Part shown: in pieces, positions 1 through 12,529 of the stretch
How positions within the stretch are numbered: position 1 is the first letter of the stretch
Layout: every line of letters begins with the position of its first letter
Source: Okamejei kenojei
Lineage: Eukaryota
DNA: 64,000 bases
Direction: 5' to 3'
Assembly: GCA_035221665.1 (NCBI GenBank)
Contig: CM069133.1
Span: forward strand, 95,790,001-95,854,000
Position numbers and translations under genes: made by a program
The notes under the pieces: generated by a model
What the model was told of the DNA's origin: nothing
Databases searched by the model: none
Seen by the model: the letters and a program-made list of their open reading frames with translations, nothing else

Positions 1-229
1 CACAAACGTGACTGTTATAATTGCCAACTCTATTATAGTCGTCCAAAATAAAGTATACACTATATGTTGCTGCAGTATAGCTGTAGCAGTAACTATGTTA
101 AAATTGTTTGGTGCTATGGCAGGCTGAGCTACCTAAGCGGAAGATCTTCGCTGCGGCTATTTTAAAAACTCACCTGCTGCTGGAAATCTCCTGCAGTGAA
201 ATAGACCTGGCTGCCAGCACCCACAATTT

Positions 230-3200
230 TTTTTTTGTTTGTTTATTTTTGTTAGAAGTAAGTACAATAATGTGGTACTTGAGTACCTAATACATACATA
301 CATATTTCCATTCTTGTACAACTTCATACTTTTGATTTAATAATAAAAGAACAGTGAGAGAAAAAATAAATAAAGAGTGTCGGAATAGATAGTCGAGCGA
401 GTAGAAACAGAAAGCAAAAGAAATAAAGGAAAGAGATGAGAAGCTAAACAGATTGAAAGAAAAGGAGAAAGTAAAGAAAAGAGAGATTAGGAGAGATCTA
501 CCTATTTCGTATTTTTGCCCATCCATCACCCGGTTCTAAACCATTTAATTTCTAAAGTTATGTTATGTTGCACCATATGCTTGTAAAAAGTTGATAAAAG
601 GAGACCAAATCTTTAAGAATAGGTCTACTTTGCCTAGTAGGAGGAATCTCATTTCTTCAAGATGTAGTATTTCAGACATGCTTGAAATCCACATTTTGAA
701 TGTTGGCGTAGGTACGTTTTTCCAAAAATTGAGTTTTTTTTTTTTTGCTGTTATTAGACCGTAATTAAGAAAAGCTTCTTGGAATGTAGTTAGTTTACTT
801 CCCTCTTCCATTGATCCAAAGATAATCAGTTCTGTATTGGGGTTCAATTTTGTGTTAAATAGTTTTGTAAAAATTCCAAAAATTTCATTCCAAAATTTAT
901 ACAGTTTTGTACAAGAGACAAAGGAATGTGCTATAGTGGCATTTTGAGTTAGACATTTGTCGCAGATGGGGGAAACATTTGAAAATATTTTATTCAGTCT
1001 AGTTTTCGAATAATATAATCTATGTAAAATTTTTAATTGAATTAGGTTATGTCTTACATTCATTGAACATTTGTTTACATATAATACATTTTTTTCCCAT
1101 CTATCGTTCGGAATTTTTATCAATAATTCTTGTTCCCAGTCCCTTCTAATTGCCTCTGTCGTTGGTGTTTCCGTATTTAGAATTACATTATATAAGTAGG
1201 ATATTAAATTGCTTGATTCTGCCTTTCTATTCATTTCTTCCTCCAATAAATCTGGGGTTGAAGTTTGATATCCTTGTATATACTTTTTCAAATAATCTTG
1301 AATTTGAAGGTATTTGAAATATTGATTACCTTTCAAATTATATTTTAGTTGTAATTGTTGGAATGATAAAAAATTTCCCATTTCATATATATCTCCCATC
1401 GTTTTAATTCCTATTCTTTCCCAATGGATAAACGTTTTATCAATAATGGATGGTTTGAATGAGGGATTATTAGCTATTGGAGAAAGAAGCGATAATTTTC
1501 TTAATTTTAAAGTTAGTTTTATTTGTTTCCAAATTCGTATTATACTATGAATAATTGGATTCCTCATATATATTATTGTGTTCAGTTTTATCGGTGAAAG
1601 AAGGATCGCTCCTATATTATAAGGGGAACAGTCCTCTTTCTCCATTCTTATCCAATCTACCTGTTGGGCAGAACTGTCCAAGCAGTAGATTATATTTTTA
1701 ATATTCACTGCCCAATAATAATACAATAAGTTAGGGAGTGTCAGTCCCCCTGATTCTTTTGATTTACACAAGTGTTTTTTTTTAATTCTGTGTGATTTAT
1801 AATCCCATATGAAATTTATAATATCAGAATCTAGTTTTTAAATAATTTTTTAGGTAAGTATATTGGTATTGATTGAAATAGGTACAATATTTGTGGTAAG
1901 AAGATCATTTTTATCGCATTTATTCTGCCTATTAAAGACATCGGCAGTGTTTTCCAAAATTTAATCAACCCATTTTATTTAGTTAATAAAGGCATATTTT
2001 GCATTGAGTAATGATTTATAGTTCCTAGTAATTTGGATGCCCAAATACTTACATTTTTCTGTTGTAATTCTAAAAGGGAATTTCAACAACTGTGTTGACT
2101 CTTGAGGTTTTATCGTCATAATTTCGCTTTTGTTCCAATTTATTCTATATCCTGAAAAAGAACCAAATTCCTCTATTAAATTTAGTATATTTGGTATGCT
2201 AATTTGCGAATTTGAAATATATAATAATATGTCGTCTGCATATAATGAAATTTTATTATTTGAGTGTTTGGTATTATATCCATGAATATTCGGATGACTT
2301 CTTATACTTTCTGTTAAAGGCTCTATCACTAGTGCAAAAAGCAGGGGCGATAACGCGCACCCCTGCCTATTGCCTCTTGCTAATTGGAATTTTGGGGATA
2401 ATATATTATTAGTCAGTATTCTAGTCATCGGCTTATCATATAATAATTTTACCCATGAGAAAAAATTATCTCCCATGTTAAATTTTTCCAATACTTTGAA
2501 TAAATATTGCCATGCTACTTGATCGAAAGCTTTTTCTGCGTCCAATGAAAAAATTGCTTGTTCTTCTTCAGTATTATGTGAGTACATTATATTAGACAGC
2601 CGTCTCAAATTGTTAAATGAGTATCTCATTGGTATAATTTTTTAAAATTAGTGTACCCTCTCATTGGTATAAACCCTGTTTGGTCCAGATTTATTAGTTT
2701 ACTAACATATTTACTCAATCTTCTCGCTAGGGTCTTTGCTAATATTTTTTGGTCTGTATTTAGGAGTGCAATAGCTCTATATGAGCCTGGGTCTTCTAGA
2801 TCTTTATCCTTTTTTGGTATAAGTGTAATAGTTGACTCAGTTAGTGTTTTTGGTAGTTTATTTTCTTTAAAAGCGTGTACATATAAATCTTGCAACCGTG
2901 GAGAAATTATCTCGTTGAATCTTTTATAGAATTCATTACTAAAACCATCTGGTCCTGGTGTTTTGCCATTCTTCAACAAACTAATTGTTTCTTCTATTTC
3001 CTGTAGTGTAATCTGAGCTCCTAATCCCTTTTGTTCCACCATATTTAATTTTGGAAGATTACAATTGCCTAAGAAATTTGTAATTTGAGTATTATTTGCA
3101 GAGGTTTTCGATGTATATAAGTTTGATAAAATTGAGCAAATCTTTTATTAATATCTTTAGGTAGTGTTAGTAATTCCCCTTTATCTGATTTAATTTTAGT

Positions 3201-3801
3201 AATTGTATTTTCTGTTTACCGTTTTTTCAGTTGGCGTGCTAGGAGTTTATGAGGTTTATCACCAAATTCGAAATTTTCTTGTTTTGTAATTTGAAATAAT
3301 CTTATTATTCTGGCCGATAAAATTGTATTTAATTTATATTTTCGTATTGTTATCTTATTATGTTTATCTATAGTTGGTTCTTTGGCATTTTCTAAATCTA
3401 ATTGTCTAATTTCTTGTTCTAACTGCAATTGTTCAGTATTATTCTTTTTATTTTGGAAAGCTTGATATGAGATTATAGTTCCTCTAATAAATGCCTTAAA
3501 AGTTTCCCATAATAAGGAGGGTGAAATATCTGGTGTATCATTTGTCTCAAAGAAGAACATCATCTGCTCTTTTAAATATGTGCAACCTTGTGAGTTGTTT
3601 AAGATTTGGGGGTTAAACCTCCATAACAAATTTTTATCAGGCATTCCCTCTAATTTTAAAGAAAAGTTAACGGGGAATGATCAGAAATAATACTATTATG
3701 ATATTTAGAATTATATGTATATGGAATTTGTTTTGTGTCCACTAAGAAATAATCAATACGTGAATATATTTTATGTACTGTTGAATAGAATGAATATTCC
3801 C
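230..3801 (-). mobile_element. L1-clade LINE, 5'-truncated inside the APE endonuclease, with poly(A) tail and 12-bp TSD
   Basis: Minus-strand ORF pieces: APE C-terminus (EYSFYSTVHKIYSRIDYFL...ISDHSP), 3216-3644 (WRFN...LLWETFKAFIRG), RT (GKTPGPDGF, SLDAEKAFD, GNRQGCALSPLLF, LYADD), C-terminal Cys-rich region (CDKC...H...C). T-run at ~227-250 is the tail. TSD CACCCACAATTT at 218-229 and 3802-3813. Confidence 0.95.
563..3801 (-). pseudogene. L1 ORF2p (APE-RT-Cys-rich), frameshifted into 4-5 pieces
   Basis: ORF track 3216-3644, 2626-3042, 1979-2629 and 563-1771 are colinear pieces of one ORF2. Confidence 0.92.
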
Positions 3802-3813
3802 CACCCACAATTT

Positions 3814-4333
3814 ATGAATGTTAGATCCTTACAGAGCCCCACGCTGTCTCCGACTCTGGCTGCCTGCTGCCGTATGGAGCTCTGATGCTGGCAGCTGTAA
3901 ACACTTAACCTAGCCGGCGGTCTCCCATTTGGGCCATCTGCTACCACGCAGACTATAACGGCCACAACTGCGATCCCAACTCCTTTTGGAGACTTACGCT
4001 GGTCTCCCATTTGGGCCGTCTCCTGCCGTGCAGACTATAACGGCAACAGCCGCAATGAAGCCCTACAATTTCAGCCGCCTGCTCTTGTTGGAGAGCTCAA
4101 AATGCAGCGCAAATATTACTTACTCTAGCTCCAGTGGAGCTTCCACGGCGGCCCAAACCCCCGGCTGCCTCCATAGCTATTTTGGGCACGCTATAGAGTG
4201 GCCTGGAGAAAATTGACTTACCTTGCAGAGCAGTGTGAAAACTGCTCCGACTCGCGCCATGCGCTAGACGTATTGACGCGCATGTGGGCTGGCGGGCTTC
4301 TTCATGTAGTCACTCACGTAACTTCAAATAAAA
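3814..4333 (-). mobile_element. DIRS1-family 5' (left ITR) fragment or non-autonomous derivative
   Basis: Ends in TTCATGTAGTCACTCACGTAACTTCAAATAAAA, a variant of the DIRS terminus at 24098-24130 and 51155-51188; homologous (reverse complement) to 8968-9340; internal ~82-bp duplication starting at 3919 and 4001. Confidence 0.75.
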
Positions 4334-4344
4334 TGGTTTCTACG

Positions 4345-4430
4345 GCGGATCTGTAAAAGGTACTGAGGGCTGTTGGGGACATGCCAAACTTCCTAAACTT
4401 TCTTTGGATGTACAGGCGTTGGTGTGCTAA
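4345..4430 (-). mobile_element. Rex1/Babar LINE fragment
   Basis: Reverse strand reads AHQRLYIQRKFRKFGMSPTALST, resembling the Rex1 post-RT motif AxQRLYFLRKLRKF. Confidence 0.6.
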
Positions 4431-5439
4431 AGTCCTTTCTGCAAATTCCTGTTTGCTCCCTTTCATTTTGTTCAGTGTTTTGAAGATGCTTGCATAGTTT
4501 AGTTTCTAGCTGTGATGAATGCTCCAAACCCATTTTTACTTTGTTCGGATACTGACAGATCTGCTTAGCATAGCCAGCAATTGGATTTTTTTTTCTTATT
4601 TGAATAAATTCCCAACATGATAAATGCTTTCACATATATTTTTGATGTATGAGGAACATGCATTACATTTATTAAATAATCAGGAAGTGCATTGTTATCC
4701 TGTAAATCATTACATTGCTTCAATCACATTCCATCATCAGGTCCATTATTATGCAAGTATTAAATAGCCAGAAAGAACTGGTAATCCAGGCTCATTGAGA
4801 TTCTTATGTATTCAGTACTTTACAACTCACTTTTTTTTAGCAAATCGGAAGTATTTCCTACACCTTTACATGGAACAGATGCCCAATTCTTAAAGCTGAT
4901 TGAAGCTGTGCAATGCTGGTGAAAGAGCAATAAAGATGATAGTGACAGTTTAGCTAAAGATGTAGCCCGAGATGTCAAGTAATAAACTATTCTATTTTCC
5001 CAGTAACAGTTTCATCATGCAGCCAAGGAAATTATTTTGAGAGATATTATCATCTGTCTGGTTGGCAAATTTGAATATTTTTTTTTCTTTCTGCCATTTT
5101 AACAGAGACATTAATCTAAAGTTAAATACATGGTATTTTTACCTACATTGCACTCCTGCAGTCATCGCGGCTGCACTGAATGTATATTGGTCAAAAATAC
5201 GCGTACAGTTTCTTCTTCTGATTGTCCTTTAGTGTACCACGGAGACTGGAAAGTAATCTATCAAAAGTCAGGAATGCAGTGCTCTGTTACCTCATTCATG
5301 TGAAAATTCCACACAGCCAAACATTCTGTAAGGCAAGTCTACACCATTGTAATCAGAGGAATCGTAATCAGAGAACTTGATCCTATTCAAGCAACTAGAA
5401 GGTTCCCAAATGACTGGTTAATTAATGGGGCTGTTGAAG

Positions 5440-5775
5440 TATCTAGGATGTATAAGCCCTTCGACAGATTTACTATAGAAAGCTTACTGTTGGGTTGCAT
5501 CGCAGCTTGGTTTGGGACCCGCTCTGCCCAAAACTGCCAGAAATTGCAGTGAGTTGCGGATGTAGCCCGGTCTATCACCTAGACCATACTCCCACCATTG
5601 ACTCCATCTACACTACATGCTGCCTTGGAAAAATATTCAACATACTCAAGGACCTTTTCCACCCCAGTCATTCCTTCTTCTACTTCCATCCAGCAGAAGA
5701 TACACAAGCTTGAAAGCACATAACAGCGGCTTCCTCCCTTTGTTATCAGAGTTTTGAATGGTTCTTCCATAATCT
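5440..5775 (+). mobile_element. Rex1/Babar LINE 3' fragment
   Basis: Frameshifted TIESLLLGCIAAWFG...KLQ...IDSIYTTCCLGK...KDLFHPSHSFF, the typical Rex1 C-terminal region. Confidence 0.75.
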
Positions 5776-6295
5776 GGGGTACGATCTTGATCTTCCAATC
5801 TAATTCTTTGCGGCCAAATCAAGTCTGCAATTTATCCCATCAGATAAAGCATAAAAATAAGTTTAATTTGACACCTAATTCACTTTCATATCTTCAGTAT
5901 TAAAAAAGTTATGGCCATTTTCATACTCGGAAATTAGCAACTTGTTCCCTATTGCTTTTCCATGGACTTAACACAAAAGCTGTGATCGAGGACTGTCAAA
6001 AGCCCATAACTTTCTTAAAAATTAAGAGAACGGAATGAAATTTTCAGTTATTATAGATTGAAGCATTCTGAAACAAATATGAAACATCTTACTTGTATGA
6101 CCTGAAATTAAAGCATATAATTAGTTAATTACCTGATTGTAGGTAATTACAAAATTGACCGTTGTGACAAAAATAGTAATAAACATCCAGACTGCCTTGA
6201 AAATTCAAAAATGTGATATTCTCAAGATCAGAACTTTAATATTATTGTATTATATGCTGTAAGTCTGTAGCAGATATGTAAATAAATTACAATTT

Positions 6296-6536
6296 CTAGC
6301 AATAGACCAAGTCTTTATGGAGAAGATCTGTTGCTAGCTGGTACATTGGCATATCATAATCAGTAGCATCATCACACTCCTCAGATTGTAACCAATAAGC
6401 AACTCTGTACACCTTGTTTTTCCTCAACTTTTCAATTTTGGCATTGTAAACTACAAGTTCTTGCTCTTCAAACCACACATGATATGCCTTTCTGTCCACT
6501 ACTTTCCCATTAAGAATGTCCTGTAGATTCCATTTC
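6296..6536 (-). CDS. Terminal exon-like ORF, Tudor/Spindlin-like beta-barrel, probably transposon-encoded
   Basis: KWNLQDILNGKVVDRKAYHVWFEEQELVVYNAKIEKLRKNKVYRVAYW...YDMPMYQLATDLLHKDLVYC*, preceded by TTTTCTTAAG acceptor-like site. Fold assignment is inference from the motif pattern. Confidence 0.45.
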
Positions 6537-6569
6537 TTAAGAAAATTATATATTTTTTAAATAGTATTC

Positions 6570-6984
6570 GGCTTGTACTCGCTAGAATTTAGAAGATTGA
6601 GGGGGGAACTTATAGAAACTTATAAAATTCTTAAGGGGTTGGACAGGCTAGATGCTGGAAGATTGTTCCCGATGTTGGGAAAGTCCAGAACAAGGGGCCA
6701 CAGTTTAAGGATAAGGGGAAAATCATTTAGGACCGAGATGAAAAAAAACATTTTTCACACAGAGAGTGGTGAGTGTCTGGAATTCTCTGCCACAGAAGGT
6801 AGTTGAGGCCAGTTCATTCGCTGTATTTAAGAGAGAGTTAGATGTAGCCCTTGTGGCTAGAGGGATCAGGGGATATGGGGAGAAGGCAGGTACAGGATAC
6901 TGAGTTGGATGATCAGCCATTGAATGGCGGTGCAGGCTTGAATGGCCGAATGGCCTAGTCCTGCACCTATTTTCTGTTTCTATG
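6570..6984 (+). mobile_element. CR1/HER1 LINE 3' end
   Basis: LYSLEFRRLRGELIETYKILKGLDRLD...RTRGHSLRI; 3'UTR GGCCGAATGGCCT...CCTGCACCTATTTTCTGTTTCTATG. Confidence 0.92.
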
Positions 6985-8967
6985 AATCCTAATAACAAAC
7001 TAATCCCATTCACACAAGAATTCACAATATAACATGATTTTTAAACCTCACTGTCATGAATTTATATGCCAGATGGAAGGAATTTAATGTTTAATTCCCA
7101 TAAATTAATCTAGAAACATCCACTCAATATAATCAAAATCATTATTTTTTTGCGCAATACATGGGATTAAAACTGATATTTAGTATAAAAATATTGACTA
7201 TGGGTAGACAATAACACAAAATATAGATGATTTAGATGCTCTTATGACATGATTGTCCAAAAAAAAGAGCATTTAAATCATCTTGCGAGCGGGTTTTTTT
7301 GGAACGCGATCAATTGGAACGGTGCATTTGCGGTGAATTTGAACTCCATATCGGCAGGAAAAACACTGCCGGTTCGTATGGGGCCCAAATAACATTTTTG
7401 CAACATAAAATTAGATTAAAGCCATCCCAAGAAGCAAGATTATATGTAAAATAGACGACTTACTCTTTGGTTTGTCCCGTTCTTGCGATCCGTCACGTTG
7501 TAGGCGTTGAGGGTGTTAGAAGTCGTGTTATTTTAATCTAATTATTAAATTGTCTCGCGATTTTAAAAAAAAACGGGAACGGAAGTCCGATCGATTTTTC
7601 TTCAGCAGCTAGCAGCCCGACAGGCAGTAGATAACTGGATTTTAATCCTGCCCCCCACCCCCCCAAAGACGCCAAAGTCGCTCACACGGCCAGTGGCAGA
7701 ACTACAGCGCCGTTGAAGGTAAGTTTTATAACATCGCTAATTTTTGTATGGTCCGATTGGTTAATATAATGAAAGATAGATACAAAAAGCTGGAGTAACT
7801 CAGCGGGACAGGCAGCATATCTGGAGAGAATATAATAGATTGTGTTCCAAACTGTTACAGATACCAGTAGCTGTTAACTTCTGGCGACCACTACATAAAC
7901 AAAGATGCTATAAATACTCTTCAGGAAACCACGATAGAACTCTCACATCTGTGTGGACAGGTTTTGGATTCAAATCCACATTTGAGCACATGATCCATAT
8001 TGCTAATTCTACATGAAGATGACTTCCGGTGGCAAGGTCTACTATCATTGTTGGAGATAAATTATCTCAAGGCACAATTTAAATTAGGAAATGGAAGTTC
8101 TGTTGGTACTTAGCCCAATACTTATACCTCACAGAAGATCACTAAAATCTATTATCTAATGACTTATTTCATTGCAACCTGTAGCCGTTTATTGTACAGA
8201 AAGTGACAACCATGTTTTCTTGCAGTACAAAGGTGACTAAACCATAGTAGTGAATGACTGGTTTTCAGGTACTTTTTATGAAATTGTGAGGCAGTGAAAG
8301 GAGCTACATGAATAGGAATCCTTCCTTTTTTGAGGTTTTTGTGCACAGTCACAAGCCTAATATTGTGCCTTCGTGGAAAGGTAGTTGAAGCATTTTGCTC
8401 ATCTCTAAGGATGAAACATTTCAAGAAAGCCATTGAAATAAGCAATCCCCTATCAAGCTGGCATAAGGACCCTAATCTGTCACTCTTTCACTCCCTCAGT
8501 GTTATTTATTTAGATGGCTTATTCTTCAAATTATTTTAAGAAGTTGGGGTTAGATCTTGTTCCTTCTTCTTATCGAGTCCACACACAAGATTAGGAGTTG
8601 ATCAGCCAGAGCTGAACACTTCTCGGCATCAGCATACAATGGTGTCTGTCTTGCTCTTCTTGTGCTTCTTGTACGTGGTGGTGGAAAGATTGGTGAAAAC
8701 AGGGCCGTGACGTGAACGGTCTTTCTTTGACCCCATCTTGTCCCTGTGTGCATTCTTTTTTAAAGGCTGTCTGGAATCTTTTCACATCCGGGGGGGGGAA
8801 GAACTGTTACCCAGATTTATTTTCCCCACTCCCCCATAAAAAATCTGAAGAAGGGTCCTGACCCTAAAATGTCATCTTATCCATGCTCTCCAGAAATCCT
8901 GCCTGACCTGTTAAAGTATTCCAGCACTTCGTGTCATTTTTATGTAAACCATCATTGCGGTTTCTTG

Positions 8968-9340
8968 TTTTATTTCGATGTCACGTGAGTGACTACGTGA
9001 AGAGCCCGCCAGCCCGCATGCTCGTCAATATACTGAACGCATGGTGCGAGAGTCGGAGCAGTTTGCAACTGCTCTGACAGGTAAGTTAATTTTATTTTCA
9101 GCGGTCCACAACGGCAGCGGGCCCGGAGTAGCTGATGGAGGTGGCTGGTCTTGGGCAGGCTCCATTAGAAGCTAGATTAATATTGCGGCTGCCGCCGTTG
9201 GAGCTCCAAATGGGAACAGGCGGCCGAATTTGGAGGACGCCGTGGAAGCTCCATAGGCGATTGGTTTTGTTATTGTGGCTGCCGGCTTGGAGCTCCAAAT
9301 GGGAGCAGGCGGCCGAATTTTAGGCCACCGTGGAGCACCT
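8968..9340 (+). mobile_element. DIRS1-family 5' (left ITR) fragment
   Basis: Starts TTTTATTTCGATGTCACGTGAGTGACTACGTGAAGAGCCCGCCAGCCCGCATG; reverse-complement homolog of ~4040-4333. Confidence 0.75.
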
Positions 9341-9478
9341 CACATTTATCCACATTAAACTTAATTTGCCATGCATCTGCCCACTCCCCCAACCTGTCCA
9401 AGTCACCCTGCATTCTCATAGCTTCTCATAGCATTCTCCTCACAGTTAACACTGCCACCCAGCTTTGTGTCATCTGGT
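9341..9478 (-). mobile_element. CR1 fragment
   Basis: CCTCACATTTATCCACATT...TGCCCACTC...CACTGCCACCCAGCTTTGTGTCATCTG, similar to 39500-39632. Confidence 0.7.
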
Positions 9479-9704
9479 AATGATTATAGGTAATGATTTT
9501 AGGTAATAATTATATCAATGCTCTGATATACAGTCCATGTGGATACAATACTAATCAAATTCCTTGATAAACTGTAGCTTAGGGACACAATCTTTTTCAA
9601 GATTAACTTACTTGATTTCTCAAAGAACATTACAATTTTAAAGATAATGGAAAACCTTATGCACTTATAGAATACTTCGGTTATAGCTTGATTGTAAAAG
9701 TTTG

Positions 9705-9746
9705 AATCAGTCTGAAGAAGGGTCGCGACCCGAAACGTCACTCATT
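9705..9746 (+). ncRNA. Minimal type-I hammerhead ribozyme motif in a PLE pLTR remnant
   Basis: AATCAGT-CTGAAGA-A-GGGTC gc GACCC-GAAAC-GTC|ACTCATT: core boxes, 5-bp stem II, palindromic mini stem III and a 6/7-bp stem I. Confidence 0.7.
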
Positions 9747-12159
9747 CCTTCTCACCAGAGATGCTGCTTTTTTTGCTTATCTTTGTGTAACAAATAGAGT
9801 AAAGGGGAGGAGGGGGGTGGGGGGGGTGACATGCGGCGTCGACGGGGAGAGGAGACGCCTGTTTTGCTTGTGCTGATAAGAAGCCTGTCCTGGCTTGAGA
9901 AATTGAATTGAATGCACACTGAAAACTAATGTTGTAAACAAAGTGAATGTTTTAATGTGGTTATTTTCAATGACATTAACATTGTGGGTGATTAATGTTA
10001 TCATTTGGATTTTCACATGCAACCAGGGAGTTTTATATAATCCTGGCTATTAATTACCAAGGAGTATTTCCTCCACAGATCTTACTGTTAGGCATCTTAG
10101 CTTACGAGTATCTCGATCCATTTAATCTCAGGGAAGATGGAGTCAGATTGGGGGATGGTAGCGTGGAGGTAGCGACAGAGGCTGAAAACTGATGAGCAGG
10201 AACATAAAGGCAACAAGTTTAGGAATCCAATAATTAAGGAAGATAGTTTAGTTTAGTAATGGGAACCATTTAAAGGAGAGGTAGGCAGATGTCTCTGTTT
10301 CCACCTATCACTCACTGTCTGCCTGTTCAAACCAACTCCCCTCTCTTTATATCGAGTTTTGAATTGAAACATCAACATTTTTTTCCATCCACAGATGCTG
10401 CTCGTCCCACTGTGTTCCTCCAGCAGTTTGCTTTCTACTTTAAATTGTACCATCTGTAGTTTCTTGTGTCTGCATGATTATTTATTGTTTTCTTTCTGAT
10501 AAAAAGGGTGCAAGTTTTGAAAAACTTCATTCTGATGTTTCAGATAATAGAAAATTCTTCTGCATCCCTACCACAAAAAATGCACAGGAATTTGTTCAAG
10601 TAAGACACTAGTCTTGCACATCTGCATTAAGATTGCAATAACTGCATTCAAAACGACAGACAATGCAATTCTAAACATAGCACTCGGAAATAAATTGATG
10701 TGTTTAGCAAATAGCAAATTTAGCAAAAAGCACATCTGGCTATTTTTTCTGCAAAAACTAAACAAAATTGAAAATATACAGAACAAATTGAACAGTGCAG
10801 AGATGTCAATAAGTAAAGCTGATCAAAACCTACAAATACGATAGGGTGTGAGTGTTCATGGGTATTGTCTCAAGAAAACAACCAGTGAAATCTTATTCAA
10901 TAGTTTTCGGCTGACATGGGACTAAATTATGCATCTTGCACCATTTTCAATCTTGTGCTCCAACAACGAGTGGCTGTTTTAATGTCAAACTTAATAGTAA
11001 AATAATAATTCTTGTCATTTTCTGAAGATTAAGGAGGATGGAAAATTCCAGGCCACCTTTGACATGTATTAAGCTGCTGAACTGTGCACGAACACCATGC
11101 CATTATAAATATGTATTTGTCTTTAAGTGACCAAGACTATGTTGGAAAAAATTTAGACTGGCCTTTGTTTCTGATCTTCACTTCCTCTGAAATTATTTTA
11201 TCTTCTCTGCTAATGATGGGATCTTGTATCTGGTGTTTAGCTCTGCATTGCGAAGGTAAGTAGTACGAGTGTAATTAGGACAACAACGACATGAACTGCT
11301 TGCATTTATAGAACAACTTTAATAAGAAAAAGATCCCAAAGGTAATTAACAGGAACATAAGAAAAAATGGAGTGCAACAAAGGAAGAAATATGTACAAAC
11401 TTGATCTACTAATATGAAAGAAGGCAAACTGACATGAAGCCATTGACCTAGATTTTAATCTTCAGAAGTGTAGGCAATAACGCAAATCAGTTAATCCAGT
11501 GATCGTTGATGAATGTATCCACAAGCAGCCACACATCCTAATGTATATCATTTTAAACAAAATATTCATTACCACAGAAGCAATTGAGACATCCTGATGA
11601 TCAGAGAATTTTACAATGCATGTTTATATATTCCATAGCATTAATCAATCACTTATAGTCAGTGAGGATAACACAAAGTACTGCGGGTCAGGCAACATCT
11701 ATGGAATGAGCAGATCACATTTTTGATTGGAACTCTTCTGCATTCTGATCAAGTGCGAACGGTGCTTATTTAATGAAAACAGTATAGTTAATATCTTATA
11801 AGTACAGCATCTTTGAATGAAGTATGATCCTCGATATGTTGGTTGAAGTTTACCTCTGAAGCTTAGGAGTAGAAAACTGTCCTTGGTTGCTGACTTTAAT
11901 GGAATTGAAACTTTCAAAAGGGGGTCTACTGTACAGTCAAGTATATGACATGATTCTATCATTCTGGGCTGTGGCACGGGGCAAGAAATGTTGATAAGAA
12001 ATTAGTGATAATTTGTTAGTGATATTCACTGCTCAGCTGTTTATCTAGCTGTCCCTGTTACATCTATACAGATATTTCCTATTTTGATCCAGCGGCCTGC
12101 TGAAATGTTAGTTTCAACAATCAAGTTACTCTGGTATTGACGAGAGCCTGAATCTTTAT

Positions 12160-12420
12160 CATTGGCTGTTCCTTGGGTTCGAGGATGACTTGCTTCCACA
12201 CAGGTTTTCTAGGTTCCAAAGTTGTTGATGTGGCCAATGTGCGAACTGCAAACCCTTCCACAGATGGGGCCATAGGTTGCTCATGGGTCATGTGGGTAAC
12301 TGGTGACGTAGTTTTCTCCTTACACTGCTTGCTCAGGGCCTCCATACAGGTGCCTGTATGCTCCTCATGCATGAACTTGAGTTCTCAATATTCCACATAG
12401 AGAAATGATTCGCAGGAGTC
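12160..12420 (-). mobile_element. RTE-clade LINE 3' fragment (old)
   Basis: Minus strand has CPICGRVCSSHIGH-like zinc knuckle and ends GCAAGTCATCCTCGAACCCAAGGAACAGCCAATGAT. Confidence 0.55.
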
Positions 12421-12529
12421 TGCGAGTGTGCACTGGTGGGGTACACGGAAGAGGGGGGGGGGGGGGGGGGAAGGGGTGGGGAGGAGGGGGGGAAGGGGTG
12501 GGGAGGAGGGGGGAATTGGTTTACCTATA

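Larger units (their letters stand above)
5815..7740 (-). mobile_element. Probable non-autonomous DNA transposon remnant (superfamily uncertain), interrupted by CR1
   Basis: Transposon-like subterminal text (CCCATAACTTTCTTAAAAATTAAG...GAAATTTTCAG), CpG-rich block 7280-7740, right end reads TAGCGATGTT on the minus strand, contains a protein-like exon at 6296-6536. Matching TIR and TSD not found. Confidence 0.5.

Noticed and set aside
4841-4920. Possible exon after TTTTTTTAG (KSEVFPTPLHGTDAQFLKLIEAVQC)
   Set aside because: Weak donor, stops in all frames shortly after, no recognisable protein.
9800-9990. GC patch with GATA (TGATAAG) and RUNX (TGTGGTT) motifs as an enhancer
   Set aside because: Short motifs alone are not evidence without conservation or chromatin data.
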